A DNA stretch of 64,000 nt from the IMG/VR virus record IMGVR_UViG_3300042344_000419; one strand, written 5' to 3'. The stretch is from an uncultured virus (IMG/VR IMGVR_UViG_3300042344_000419) (lineage: Duplodnaviria; Heunggongvirae; Uroviricota; Caudoviricetes). The stretch's first letter is position 1; each line of letters starts with the position of its first letter. Of the stretch, positions 27,590-38,191 are shown piece after piece. Position numbers and translations under genes: made by a program. The notes beneath the pieces were generated by a model that was not told where the DNA came from, ran no database searches, and saw only the letters and a program-made list of their open reading frames with translations.

Positions 27590-30500
27590 GTGGCTGACGA
27601 GACGCTCGTGCCATGGACGGACTACGAAAACGACCCAGGCTATAAAGATCTTCCAGTCCAAGAAAAGATAGGACTATTTAAAGAGTGGCGTGACGCCACA
27701 GTAGATAGGTCAATGGCTCTTGGCCTCGTGACGACTCAAGAAGACGAGAACTATCTTAACGATTATCTTGAGAAAGCGTATGACGGAATTCTTGACACAC
27801 AAAGCAAAACGGATGTTTTAAAAAACGCCGCGGCTCGCTCACTTTTAAACACAGAACAAGCCGCCCTTGTGGCGTCTATGGCTTCTGGCTTCCTAGACCC
27901 GAAGAATGAAGCCTCAGTTAAACTGGCTGAGATCAACAAGCAACTAGAGAGCTATCCGTCCTCAAGCATGGTTCGAAAGATTGGGTCTGACAAAGTAGGT
28001 GTGTTGGAGGGGTTAACTAAAAGCCCAATAGCTCTTGCCGAACTTCTTATTGAAAACCTGCCAGCTCAATTTGCAACAGCAGCACTTGCTGATGCCGCTG
28101 GTACGGCGGTAGGTGCGGCGGTGGCAGGTCCGGGGGGAGCGGTTGTGGGCGGCACGGCAGGGATGGCGACTGGTGCTGGTGGTCAGTCGTTAATGCTTGA
28201 GTACTCAGGCTCCCTCTTAGAACAACTTTCTGAGAGTGGGGTGGATTTGGACGACCCAGCTCAAATTCGAGATGCTTTTGAGAATAAAGAGTTGATGGGG
28301 AAAGTTAACGAGAAGGCTCTTAAGAAGGGTGTCCCACCTGGCTTGTTCGACGCGGCTTCAGCAGTTCTAGCAAAAGCACTCGGAGGAAAGTTTGCGGCAT
28401 CTCTTAAAGTCTCCAAGGGATTTACCCCTACTGTTAAGTTGCTCGCGAAAGAAGCAGTCAAAGATACGACGTTGCAAGCTGGTCTCGGGGTCGCTGGTGA
28501 AGCTGGTGGACAGCTTTTGTCTGAGGGCAAGATCACAAGTGCTAACCAAGTAGCTCTTGAGGGTGTTCTCGAGGTTCCAGGGTCTGCTTATGGTTTTGCC
28601 CGTGGGTTTGGTGCTGAAGGTTTGAAAGCTGTAGCGGACAAGTTAAGCCAAGACCCAATTGCTGATATGCGGGCAAGAGAACTTGCAGAAAAAATGCAAG
28701 CTGACGGGACTATCCCAGAGGTTGAGAGCCTCGCAAGGTCGGGGGCTCCTCAGACGGCCGCGGCGGTAGCCCAAACAAAAGCAGCATCCGTAAACCAAGA
28801 TCTGGATCAGCTCGATCTGGATATGAACAAAGCGGAGGCCGCTAAAGTGTTTGGTAGCGAAGAGCCAGCAACACCTAAAGCAGAAGCCCCAGCATTGTCG
28901 CCAGAGGTCGAATCAGCAGCCCCGACAGCAGAAACGCCAATGGACGCACAGAATAGTCTCGAGGCCGCAAAGGTGTGGGGTCGTATCAGATCTCGGCAAC
29001 CCGTTCGGGGGGAAGATATTGAAAGGTTCGGTTTTGTTTTGCCCCAGCAATGGTTGCTTAATCCTAAAACAAACGAATATGAGTTTAAGGCCGAGAAGAA
29101 TGAAACAGAAAAACCTGCGGAAATTTCAGTCCAAGAAACAGCAACCGCCGAAGCAAAAGCTCCAGAAGCAGAAATGCCTCAAGCCCAAGCCATCGCTCCT
29201 GTGCAGACAGCCCAGCCCGAGTCTACTCAAGAAAGTCCAGAAGCTGTCGCTCCTCCATTAAGTACTCAGGCGCCAAAAACCAAACAAGCCGAACTTCCCA
29301 AGTGGGAAGAAGTCCAAAAGAACAAGAACCAGATACGCTTTTTGCGATCCACCTTAAGCAAAGTAAACAAGGCATTACCTGAAGGTCAGAAGATCGAGGA
29401 GAAAGCTGGGTGGAAACGCGGCGATTACTTGAATGCTCTTGAGACGCAGTACGGGAAGGTAGCTGGGCTAGAAAAGAATATCGATGCTGTGCCTGGGATG
29501 GCCGCGGAAGTAAATCCGCTTGAGGCTATGAACTCCGATGAGAAGCGGAGAGCTAAGAAGAAAGCAAACCTTCGGCAAAAGCTCTACTCCGTTCGGGACA
29601 GCAAGTTGAACGAAGGCCAGCAGTCGTGGAAGGAGATGGCTTTCTCAAACATCCGTCGGATTGCGAAAGAAGTATCTGAGAGATACACAAACATACCGAA
29701 CGTTGATGACTACATTTTCGATGACCTCCTCCGCAAGGTAGCCAACTACCTTCAAAAGAAGAATACCTTTACCGAAGAAGAGCTGACATCAGAAGCAGTT
29801 AGCCCAATTCTAGCGAGTTGGGCAGAAGATTCCGCTAAAGACGCAAGGGGAAGTGCCGACATCCAAGCACTCATGCGCAACTCCCCGATCATTGAGCAAA
29901 CAGAGACCTCAGATAGGCCAGCTAGGACTCAAATGGAGCTGGATGAGGAGGAACAGGCGGCTGGCGAGACAAAGCAAGCCAGAGTAGAGAGCGGGGCTAA
30001 TGAACCTAGGGCGTCTAGAATCCTCCGTGAGAACGGATATAACCCAGCCCGTGAGAAACTTGGCCCAGATCAGAAACTCATTCTTGATTGGCTGGTTCAC
30101 AAACTAAGTGGTGGGCCAACGCCTTCAGGTATTGAGACAAAGAACCTTCAGTCGTATGAGGATTTGGCGAAGTTCCTAAGCGAGCTGAACAAGAAAAAGG
30201 TTTCCGCAAAAGCCGTATCCAAGATGGCTAAAGAGGCGCAAACGGCGCTTGCCGCGGAGCTAAATAACTCTGGAATAGGGGTCTCGACCGACCAGATCTC
30301 TACGGCTCTAACCCCAGAGGGTGAGAAGGCAAGGGCGAGAGCAAAGGAAAAAGCTGAAGCCAAAGAAAAAGTTAAGAAAGACAAGGCCGAGGCTCAAGAG
30401 TTGGCCGATCGAGGGAGGAACGTAACCCAGAATCAATACTTAGCCGAAAAACTTATCGAATTCCCCTTCAGCTCTACACCAGAGCAAAGGAGCAGACTTG

Positions 30501-33500
30501 CTTCCGAGGTTCTTACCCCTCTTGAAGAGGGTAACTTGGAGGAGGCTTCGGTAGAACAAAGACTTGAGAACATTAAGAAAGGACAACCAAATGAACCAAT
30601 CGTTAAACAGCCCGAGCCTAGCAAACCTGTTTCCAGACGACGCAAACGCACAGGAGTTCGTGAACAACCTAGCGTTCAGCAACCATCTGGATCAGGCGAT
30701 ACACAATCACGGGGGACACCCGCATCTGTCGGATCTACTGCGAGCGAAAGCGAAACCAACCAGAATTCTGGAAGCCGTACACGACCTAGCCGAAGACAAC
30801 CCGGAGTGGGCAAAGAACAGCCAGCAACTTCGGGAAATGTTCCCAGCCTCAAAGTCGACGCAGGCTTCGAAAACTTAGACATATCGAAAGCCGCGCGGGC
30901 AGCGTTAAACGATTTGTTTAACACCCTTAGGGCAATCCGATTCCCTGGGGAGCTAAAGGTCGGGCAAACAGATAACCCAGTCTACGTTCTTAAGAGTGAT
31001 AGGCAGGGGCTTTCCATATACGTAAGCCCAGAGGCTTTGCTTGCCCAGAAACGTCAGCTCATCCGCAAATTCGGCAAGGAAGAGGGAGCTAAGAGATGGG
31101 TGAACTGGCAACTGATGGCTGTTGCGACGCACGAGACAGTTCACAACGTCCATCTTAAACAGCTTGAGAAAGAAGCGGGTCAGCTTGGCCTTACTTTCGA
31201 CCAGCACCTTAAGAACGAGGCTAAGCGAGTAGCTCGTCTGCTAAACAAGAATCGCAGGCTCAAGAAGCTAGTGGCTCGGCTTTACAACAACGACGAAGGG
31301 AAGTTCGCAAACGACGAACAGCAATACTTCGAATTCATTCGGATGATGGTCGAGAACGAAACTGTTGGGAGCGTCACCGAGGACAACACAATAACGACCG
31401 AAGAGCTTGCGGCCTTTATGGACGACATTGAGAGGAAATCTCTAAGCGACTTTATTGATTCAATCATTCAGGCGATCACCAACATCGCGGCTCGCCTAGT
31501 AGGTGTAAGGGACAACGATGCCCGGTACCTCATTAACACGACCCGCCTCCTTAGGCAGAAGTCCTTAAATATTTTACGCCCGCCGATGCAAGAGAAGGCA
31601 GGTAACGCCTACGTCGAGCCTAAGAAAACGGAGTCAAAGTTTGAGAAGCCTCCCGTGACTCCCGAGGTTGAGAACAGCGGGTTATTTACGGCTAGGAAAG
31701 AATTTCTCCAGGAGTACGCCAAAGAACTTGGGATCAAGGTACCAACGGCAAAGATTACTGGCGTAAGGTTCAACCCGAAGACAAGAAAGAGCGAAGAGTT
31801 TAAGACATACGTACCCACTTGGAACAAAGCTCAATACGTCGAAGCCATCCAAGCGAAACTCAAGGAGCTAGGGCAGAAAGCTAAAGCAGCTCGAACTGAG
31901 GTTATCGGTGCGGCAATCCCGACCGATCGCCCTTACTGGATGAAGAACGATGGAGAAGTTCTTGAAGTTCCAGAAGAGGCTTTGATTGATTTAAACGCTA
32001 TCGGCACACACGCCGAGACAGCCATCGAATGGCTCAACGAAAACCAACCAGAAGATCCTTTCTTATTGGAGTGGAGGCTTGTCGATACCTACAGCAAGAA
32101 GGAACAGCAAGAGAAGCCAGTCGAGGAGATGTTGAAGCGTGGTTGGTTACGGGTTGTGGGTGACGGGTTCAATCTGTATTTCGAGGGTAGCCCAAGCAAA
32201 ACTCAACTAGACAAACTTCTTGAAGCCGCGATTGAAGACGAAGTTAAGCTTATTCAGGATCTTACTTCGATCAGCGGTAGACCTCGGAGCAAGGTCGTAT
32301 ACGAGCCACCACAGTCAGACGTTATCGGAGCTCCCGCTATGCCGAGAAGGGGATTCCTTTCGAACCAACGCAACGGAAGCCTGAAGAGGAGCAAACTTCC
32401 AGACAGCATTGATGAGCTGGCCTTTGAACGGGAGATGCCTGGTGGCTCACATCCAGTTGCCGTTTACCAGGATATCGACGGAAATAGGTTTATTGTTAAG
32501 ACCGATCAAAGTCGGGAGCAGTTCGAAAACGAGATCGCCGCAGAGAATGTTTATCGCGTCCTCAACTACCCAGTTGCCGATTCCAAGTTGATCGAGGTGG
32601 ATGGCAAGCCAGCCAAGATTGCTGAGTACCTTGCGGACGGCCAGAGCTTGAGAGAGTTCCGTCAGACCCATCAGAACAAACCCGAGCTTATCAAAAAGAT
32701 CTATGACCAAATCGCGGATGGTCTCCTAATCGATGCTTTCTTGTTTAACTACGATTCAGTCGGTGTGACCAAACAGGACAACGTGCTCATCCAGATGACG
32801 GAAACTCCGAACGAAGATGGAGACGACACGGAAACAATTTACACAACGTATCGTGTAGACAGCGGTGGCACGTTCGACACCAAGGCGTTTGAAGAAGAAC
32901 CTAGGAACGAACCTTTCTATTACGATTCAATCAAGGTGTTTAAGCAGAACTACCCCTACCTTAACCTCACTACCGACGACTTGATCGCCCAGCTTTCCGA
33001 TCTTGTCCTCAACGCAGACGCTATCATCAACGCAGTACCCCAGCGTCTCCAGCAGTACATGGGGAATCGTCTCCAATATATGGCTGATCAGCTTTCGGCT
33101 GTTGATATCATCACCCCAGTTACTGGGGTTACAGAGCAACAAACCGAAGAGTTCTTTGAGAAACTACGTGGCCAAATGGCTGCAGTCGAAGTAACTAGAA
33201 ATAACAAGGGCAACCTAATCAATAAGGCTACGGGTAAGGAAAGTATGGTTTCGGGTATGGGGTATAAGGTTGTTCCAAAGTCCGAGTTTAGATACCGCCT
33301 CGAAAGAACCCCGCTGTTTAAGGCTTGGTTTGGTGATTGGGAGAACGCCCCAGAAAGCCGAGCCACCAGCAAGATCCTAGATGAAGCTGGCGAACCAGCC
33401 TTGATGTACCACGGGACTGGCTCGTATCTCCAAAGGTATAGCGACCTTTACAAAGACGAACTCACCAACGCCATCAAGACTCCATCTTACCTCAGAAGGT

Positions 33501-36500
33501 TAGCAATGAATCGGTTCAAGGGTATTTGGACATCCACGATGCGAGAGTGGGCAGAACGATGGGCGACTAAGAATAATCCAGAGGGTCACTTCGAAGGCCA
33601 AGTGGTCATCCCTATGTACGTCAAATCGACCAAGCCTTTTGACCCAAGATCGCCAGAGAACATCGATCGGCTCCTTGAGGTGGTTAAAGGCCAAGGTTAC
33701 ACACCAGACCCAGAAGTTGAATTTGCTTTCCGATCTGGCCTGCACGATTGGCAAATTTTCGAAGGCAAGTTGGATTATCGGAAAGAAGACGGATCTCTGA
33801 CTGGCCCAAGAAATATGCCAGATGTCGATGAGTTGAGGAAACAAGGGGTAAGCGAGGAAACGATCAAAAAGATGTGGGGCAAGACCTACGGATACCCAAG
33901 CCTCAAAAACATTATTGATCTTGGGTACGATGGCGTGTGGTTGAAAGAGGGCAGAGATGCAGAGGCAAGCCTAGCAATTGATGCCGCCCGGAAGCTAATG
34001 GCCGACCCGACGGATGCCAAGCTGAAGGCCGACTACGAACAAGCTTTGGCTAAGTACAACGAAAACTCTGCCTGGAACTTCTTGGCCTTCCGCCGGGATG
34101 GTGTGAAAAACGCAATGAACTCGGGTCGATTCAGCTCAATCCCAGAGCCTGCGGAAATGAAGAAGAGCCAACTAGCTCAGAAGCTGGAAGCCCTGATCAC
34201 CAAAGACGGAGCCACGGGCAGAAACGTTCTTCGCTACAAGGGGCAGACGATGTATTCGACCGACTCAGCCGCAGCCTTGGCCAGTTACGCGGTCGCTTCT
34301 GACTCAGCCCTGAACCGCCACAACATCGCAAAGATTAAGTTTAAGGGTCAGCCTAATACTTTCATTTTTCAAAGGAGAACAGCCCCCTCTGCAACGTCTG
34401 ATCGAGCCTACCCAGTCAATGATATCCTCGGTGCGGCTGAAGTTCGGCCAAGGAGGTTTGGGGTAAAGCTTGAGAAGTTTGTTTCGAAAGACGTGATGGG
34501 TCTGCTCAAGAAGAAGAACTACGAAACCCTCCCAGATTCAGTCACGATCGAAGAAGCAAAGACGTACTTTGACAAGCACGGGCTGGAGAAAAGTGCTTTG
34601 GCAAGTTTGATTGATGACGAAGGTGAGCCAATCCAGGCGGGGGCACAAGAAGCCTTAGGTATGCTGGTAATCAAAGGGTACAGAGAGGAAGCCAAGAAGA
34701 GGCCAGAGGCCGCGGCAGAAATGGCGGCATTCCTTGATCAGTTCTTGGAGAAGAGCACGAAGACCGCTCGTGCATTGCGGGCGTACCAGTTCATTTCGCT
34801 TCTTGGACCCGAAGGTATGGAGGCTCTTTACTACAAGAAGGCTCGTAAGCGCGACGCATTAATGAGGGAGAGCTTCAAAGAATTTATTAAAAAGGCTCAA
34901 GACAAACTCAACCCGCTTGCCCAAGACGCATTAGAGAAGGTCTTGAAGGATTTGGAGCAGGTTATTAATAAGGCCACAAATCTCTCCAAGTCCAATAACA
35001 GGAAGATTGCCGCCAAGACAACTATGACGTTGTGGCAACAATTCTCCGACAGCGTCGCCAAGCGGATGACCGATAGTGTTACCGAGCGTCTTGCGGCGTT
35101 AGAGCCACAAGAAGGAGAGGGAGGCGTTGAGGGAGAGGGTGATGCTGTGACGGTGGCGGGTAGCACCAACAAGCCTAAGACGATCAATCAGGAGGCGACC
35201 GCGGCTCTTCGCCGGATTAAGGGGATGATCGACAATCTTTCCAAGGAACAGGGGAAAGCAATTAAAGATGTCGAAGTCGAAGGCAACCCAGAGAACGAGA
35301 ACGCATCCAATGAGCAGATCGAAGATCTCATTAAGCTAAAACAGAAAGCAAAGACGATCTCTAGAATGTCCGACCTACTGGCTCTCTGGCCGAAAGCCTT
35401 ACAAGCTTGGTCGCAAATTAAGGACTCGGTTCGAGAAGAAGTGGCCGCAAATCCTAAGCTTGCCCCGATATTTAATGAGTATTTGAAGACAGCTTTAGAC
35501 CAGCCGTTCACGCTTCCCCAAATCAAAACCCTTCTTAAGGCCTCGGATATCGACCTCAAGACTCTGATACGCGAACACTTCAGGAAGAATACGATGCAGA
35601 AACAGGCATCGGACTTAGCTAAACTCTTTATTGAACAAGCTAATTTGGGTGAGGTCTTTAACAAGACAACCGAGGCTGACCTGCTCCAAGCTCAAGGTGC
35701 TAATACCGAATCGACATCAGAAGTAGGTGTCACTCCGACCATTGCTGAGAAGCTTGAGACGGCGATTGCAAAAAGGATTGAGGAGCTCGTAAGAACAGAG
35801 GCAAACAAAGCACTTACCAACCTGATCAAGAGCCAAGCCGATAAGCGACTTGAGCCTAGCCTAAAAAGATTCCTAGACCGACTTGTTAAAGCCACGTCGT
35901 TGGGGCTGATGGATAAAGATAATATAAATCTTTGGGCTCAATTTGCGGAACAAGAAGGTCTTACCGATCCCAAACTTGCTGAAGAAGTATACAACCTTGC
36001 CGAGGAAGCAGAGACCAAGCCAGAGGGTTACCAAAGAAACGTTTATTACCAAAAAGCAATGCGAGCGATCTACGAAAAGACGGAAATGAACAAGTGGGAT
36101 TTCACGCTTACCTGGTGGTACTCGTCCATCTTGTCTGGATACGACACGCAACTAGCCAACTTATACGGCAACGCCTCGACGGCTTTCTGCGTCCTAATGC
36201 CAGAGCTTATCCACTCTTCGTTAACTGGAAACGCGGGGGCAGAGAAGAGATCCGCACTTCTTCGTGGAATCCAAGTCGGATGGGCAGATTTTCTCAACAT
36301 TATGGGGACGGGTACTTCTTGGACGAAACAAGTTCAACTGAGCATAAGTAGCCTGAAGGCAACCGATACTGGGGAAGTGTTAAGAGAGCGGGCAAAAGGA
36401 TTGCCCCAAAAACTAGGGACTTACTCGACAACAGTATCGAGGTTTATGTCTGCTGTGGATTCCGTGTTCTACAATATGAACAAGGAGTATTACCTATACA

Positions 36501-38035
36501 AATACGCCTACAACAAGGCGCTGGAGCTTGGGTTAAGCCGCAAAGACGCTTCTGCCCAGGCTTTGGCTTCTGCTCTTCGGGATAGCAACTCGATGAAGAG
36601 CGCCCAGAGTGACGCATTAATGGAGGGTTTAAAGCCGGGAACAAAAGAATTTAGGCTGAGAACCTTTGAGATCCTTGATCAACAGCTTGGGCAAAACAAG
36701 ACCGAGTCTGGCGAAAGCCGTAACGTGGACACGCAAGAGTTGCTTAACGAATCTGTTTTGTCGGCTTTGACCAATACTTTCCAACAAGAACCAAAAGGCT
36801 TCTTGGGTAACGTAATTCACTCGTTGAATGTTTTGGCCGCCAAACAACCAGAAACAAGATTTGTAATTCCTTTCACAAGAATCGTTGGAAATGTTTGGAA
36901 TATGTCTCTCGATATGGGCGTAGTCCCAGGCTTGATCAGATACTACGGACTCCCAACAGAGAAGCTCATTGGGCGTAGGCTTGGTAAATGGGATGACGTC
37001 AAAGGCGCTGAGCGTGAAATGATTAGGGGAAGGGCATTGGCTGGTTTGTTGTTCTTGACCTTAGCAGCTGGTCTTCAGGCTTTCGGGTACGATAAAGATT
37101 ACGAAAAAGCTTGGTGGAGAATCAACGGATCTGGCCCAGATGACCCCGCGGCTAAGCTGGCGTTATCTAAGACTGGTTGGAAACCTTGGAGCATTAAGGT
37201 TGGAAACGCTTACATCAGCTACTTGCCTACTCCTTTGGCGATCCCGCTCGCTTTCTTGGGTGAAATTACAGACAACCACCATTACAAGAAAACAGGGGCA
37301 AAGGCTTTGTTTAACACGACATCAGCAGTAAGTATGAGAGCCATCCTTGTTCCCTTCGATATGTTGTTTCTTTCAGGTTTGTCCGACTTATTCAAGAGCA
37401 CAGACAGCTCGCAACCAGAGCAGGCAAAGGCAAGAGCTCTAGCATTTGCCGGGCGTCTTGGGAGTTCCTTGCTTATTCCAAATATTATTCGGGATATCGA
37501 CCAGAAGATCATACCCAAGATCCTTAACGTGTTTGGGGTCGAAACGGATATGGATAAGAGAACAGCAAGAAATGGGCTAATGAATGGCATCTTTATTGCG
37601 AATACCCCAGTCCTCCGGGAGCTCTATGGGAAACCTGATGTAGATATGCTCGGTAACAAAATTCCGATTACTTCCCGTATCGCAACAGCTAGGAAGCCAG
37701 ATCCGCTTGTAGACACATTGGCTTCGAAGAACGCTTTCCCTAACCCCCCGAGGAGAGAGCTTTTGTTAGGTATGATCCCTATGGAAGAGGATCAATACTA
37801 CCAATACAAAGTGGATCGGGGAACAATGTTGAACCAAACATTGAATACGCCCGAGATGGTTCAGCAACTAAAGGAATCTTCTTCGTTTGTTGCTCAAGAG
37901 ATTGTTAAGAAAGTGACCTCTTCGGCTACTGAATACGCCAAGAATATGGCGATCAAACGAATGGTTGATTCAAACGACGAGAGAATACAAAAACTTCAGA
38001 GTTTGGGCGAGTGGATTCAAAACCAAGAAGAATAA
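27590..38035 (+). CDS. giant polyvalent internal virion protein (sigma-like region, HExxH metallopeptidase, HipA/PI3K-like kinase, ART-PolyVal-like ADP-ribosyltransferase, LPD38-like C-terminus)
   Basis: 3481 aa; HETVH; GGSHP..FIVK..NEIAAE..NYDSVG..DN..RVDSGG; FKAWFGDW..GEP..YHGT..GYDGV; GWKPWSIKVG. Confidence 0.8.
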   Translation: MADETLVPWTDYENDPGYKDLPVQEKIGLFKEWRDATVDRSMALGLVTTQEDENYLNDYLEKAYDGILDTQSKTDVLKNAAARSLLNTEQAALVASMASGFLDPKNEASVKLAEINKQLESYPSSSMVRKIGSDKVGVLEGLTKSPIALAELLIENLPAQFATAALADAAGTAVGAAVAGPGGAVVGGTAGMATGAGGQSLMLEYSGSLLEQLSESGVDLDDPAQIRDAFENKELMGKVNEKALKKGVPPGLFDAASAVLAKALGGKFAASLKVSKGFTPTVKLLAKEAVKDTTLQAGLGVAGEAGGQLLSEGKITSANQVALEGVLEVPGSAYGFARGFGAEGLKAVADKLSQDPIADMRARELAEKMQADGTIPEVESLARSGAPQTAAAVAQTKAASVNQDLDQLDLDMNKAEAAKVFGSEEPATPKAEAPALSPEVESAAPTAETPMDAQNSLEAAKVWGRIRSRQPVRGEDIERFGFVLPQQWLLNPKTNEYEFKAEKNETEKPAEISVQETATAEAKAPEAEMPQAQAIAPVQTAQPESTQESPEAVAPPLSTQAPKTKQAELPKWEEVQKNKNQIRFLRSTLSKVNKALPEGQKIEEKAGWKRGDYLNALETQYGKVAGLEKNIDAVPGMAAEVNPLEAMNSDEKRRAKKKANLRQKLYSVRDSKLNEGQQSWKEMAFSNIRRIAKEVSERYTNIPNVDDYIFDDLLRKVANYLQKKNTFTEEELTSEAVSPILASWAEDSAKDARGSADIQALMRNSPIIEQTETSDRPARTQMELDEEEQAAGETKQARVESGANEPRASRILRENGYNPAREKLGPDQKLILDWLVHKLSGGPTPSGIETKNLQSYEDLAKFLSELNKKKVSAKAVSKMAKEAQTALAAELNNSGIGVSTDQISTALTPEGEKARARAKEKAEAKEKVKKDKAEAQELADRGRNVTQNQYLAEKLIEFPFSSTPEQRSRLASEVLTPLEEGNLEEASVEQRLENIKKGQPNEPIVKQPEPSKPVSRRRKRTGVREQPSVQQPSGSGDTQSRGTPASVGSTASESETNQNSGSRTRPSRRQPGVGKEQPATSGNVPSLKVDAGFENLDISKAARAALNDLFNTLRAIRFPGELKVGQTDNPVYVLKSDRQGLSIYVSPEALLAQKRQLIRKFGKEEGAKRWVNWQLMAVATHETVHNVHLKQLEKEAGQLGLTFDQHLKNEAKRVARLLNKNRRLKKLVARLYNNDEGKFANDEQQYFEFIRMMVENETVGSVTEDNTITTEELAAFMDDIERKSLSDFIDSIIQAITNIAARLVGVRDNDARYLINTTRLLRQKSLNILRPPMQEKAGNAYVEPKKTESKFEKPPVTPEVENSGLFTARKEFLQEYAKELGIKVPTAKITGVRFNPKTRKSEEFKTYVPTWNKAQYVEAIQAKLKELGQKAKAARTEVIGAAIPTDRPYWMKNDGEVLEVPEEALIDLNAIGTHAETAIEWLNENQPEDPFLLEWRLVDTYSKKEQQEKPVEEMLKRGWLRVVGDGFNLYFEGSPSKTQLDKLLEAAIEDEVKLIQDLTSISGRPRSKVVYEPPQSDVIGAPAMPRRGFLSNQRNGSLKRSKLPDSIDELAFEREMPGGSHPVAVYQDIDGNRFIVKTDQSREQFENEIAAENVYRVLNYPVADSKLIEVDGKPAKIAEYLADGQSLREFRQTHQNKPELIKKIYDQIADGLLIDAFLFNYDSVGVTKQDNVLIQMTETPNEDGDDTETIYTTYRVDSGGTFDTKAFEEEPRNEPFYYDSIKVFKQNYPYLNLTTDDLIAQLSDLVLNADAIINAVPQRLQQYMGNRLQYMADQLSAVDIITPVTGVTEQQTEEFFEKLRGQMAAVEVTRNNKGNLINKATGKESMVSGMGYKVVPKSEFRYRLERTPLFKAWFGDWENAPESRATSKILDEAGEPALMYHGTGSYLQRYSDLYKDELTNAIKTPSYLRRLAMNRFKGIWTSTMREWAERWATKNNPEGHFEGQVVIPMYVKSTKPFDPRSPENIDRLLEVVKGQGYTPDPEVEFAFRSGLHDWQIFEGKLDYRKEDGSLTGPRNMPDVDELRKQGVSEETIKKMWGKTYGYPSLKNIIDLGYDGVWLKEGRDAEASLAIDAARKLMADPTDAKLKADYEQALAKYNENSAWNFLAFRRDGVKNAMNSGRFSSIPEPAEMKKSQLAQKLEALITKDGATGRNVLRYKGQTMYSTDSAAALASYAVASDSALNRHNIAKIKFKGQPNTFIFQRRTAPSATSDRAYPVNDILGAAEVRPRRFGVKLEKFVSKDVMGLLKKKNYETLPDSVTIEEAKTYFDKHGLEKSALASLIDDEGEPIQAGAQEALGMLVIKGYREEAKKRPEAAAEMAAFLDQFLEKSTKTARALRAYQFISLLGPEGMEALYYKKARKRDALMRESFKEFIKKAQDKLNPLAQDALEKVLKDLEQVINKATNLSKSNNRKIAAKTTMTLWQQFSDSVAKRMTDSVTERLAALEPQEGEGGVEGEGDAVTVAGSTNKPKTINQEATAALRRIKGMIDNLSKEQGKAIKDVEVEGNPENENASNEQIEDLIKLKQKAKTISRMSDLLALWPKALQAWSQIKDSVREEVAANPKLAPIFNEYLKTALDQPFTLPQIKTLLKASDIDLKTLIREHFRKNTMQKQASDLAKLFIEQANLGEVFNKTTEADLLQAQGANTESTSEVGVTPTIAEKLETAIAKRIEELVRTEANKALTNLIKSQADKRLEPSLKRFLDRLVKATSLGLMDKDNINLWAQFAEQEGLTDPKLAEEVYNLAEEAETKPEGYQRNVYYQKAMRAIYEKTEMNKWDFTLTWWYSSILSGYDTQLANLYGNASTAFCVLMPELIHSSLTGNAGAEKRSALLRGIQVGWADFLNIMGTGTSWTKQVQLSISSLKATDTGEVLRERAKGLPQKLGTYSTTVSRFMSAVDSVFYNMNKEYYLYKYAYNKALELGLSRKDASAQALASALRDSNSMKSAQSDALMEGLKPGTKEFRLRTFEILDQQLGQNKTESGESRNVDTQELLNESVLSALTNTFQQEPKGFLGNVIHSLNVLAAKQPETRFVIPFTRIVGNVWNMSLDMGVVPGLIRYYGLPTEKLIGRRLGKWDDVKGAEREMIRGRALAGLLFLTLAAGLQAFGYDKDYEKAWWRINGSGPDDPAAKLALSKTGWKPWSIKVGNAYISYLPTPLAIPLAFLGEITDNHHYKKTGAKALFNTTSAVSMRAILVPFDMLFLSGLSDLFKSTDSSQPEQAKARALAFAGRLGSSLLIPNIIRDIDQKIIPKILNVFGVETDMDKRTARNGLMNGIFIANTPVLRELYGKPDVDMLGNKIPITSRIATARKPDPLVDTLASKNAFPNPPRRELLLGMIPMEEDQYYQYKVDRGTMLNQTLNTPEMVQQLKESSSFVAQEIVKKVTSSATEYAKNMAIKRMVDSNDERIQKLQSLGEWIQNQEE

Positions 38036-38191
38036 TCCTTTGGTGAGAAGCCAAGGCAAGAAACCAAGAAACAACCCAAACAAAAGAATGCAAGCCCCCG
38101 ATACAAAATGAGCAAAGATACGAACTAATACATCATACGAATAATACAAACATCCGTAGACAATTCCGACCTCTTGACGATTTACCTTCAT
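37970..38191 (-). CDS. small hydrophobic membrane protein (moron-like)
   Basis: SD AAAGGAGG before ATG 38191; AT-rich; antisense to flanking genes. Confidence 0.4.
   Translation of the reverse strand: MKVNRQEVGIVYGCLYYSYDVLVRIFAHFVSGACILLFGLFLGFLPWLLTKGLFFLVLNPLAQTLKFLYSLVV

Noticed and set aside
27590..38035. N4- or crAss-like virion RNA polymerase suggested by protein size
   Set aside because: I found neither a DxDxD multisubunit-type catalytic motif in context nor T7-like polymerase motifs; recognisable domains are peptidase, kinase and ART.
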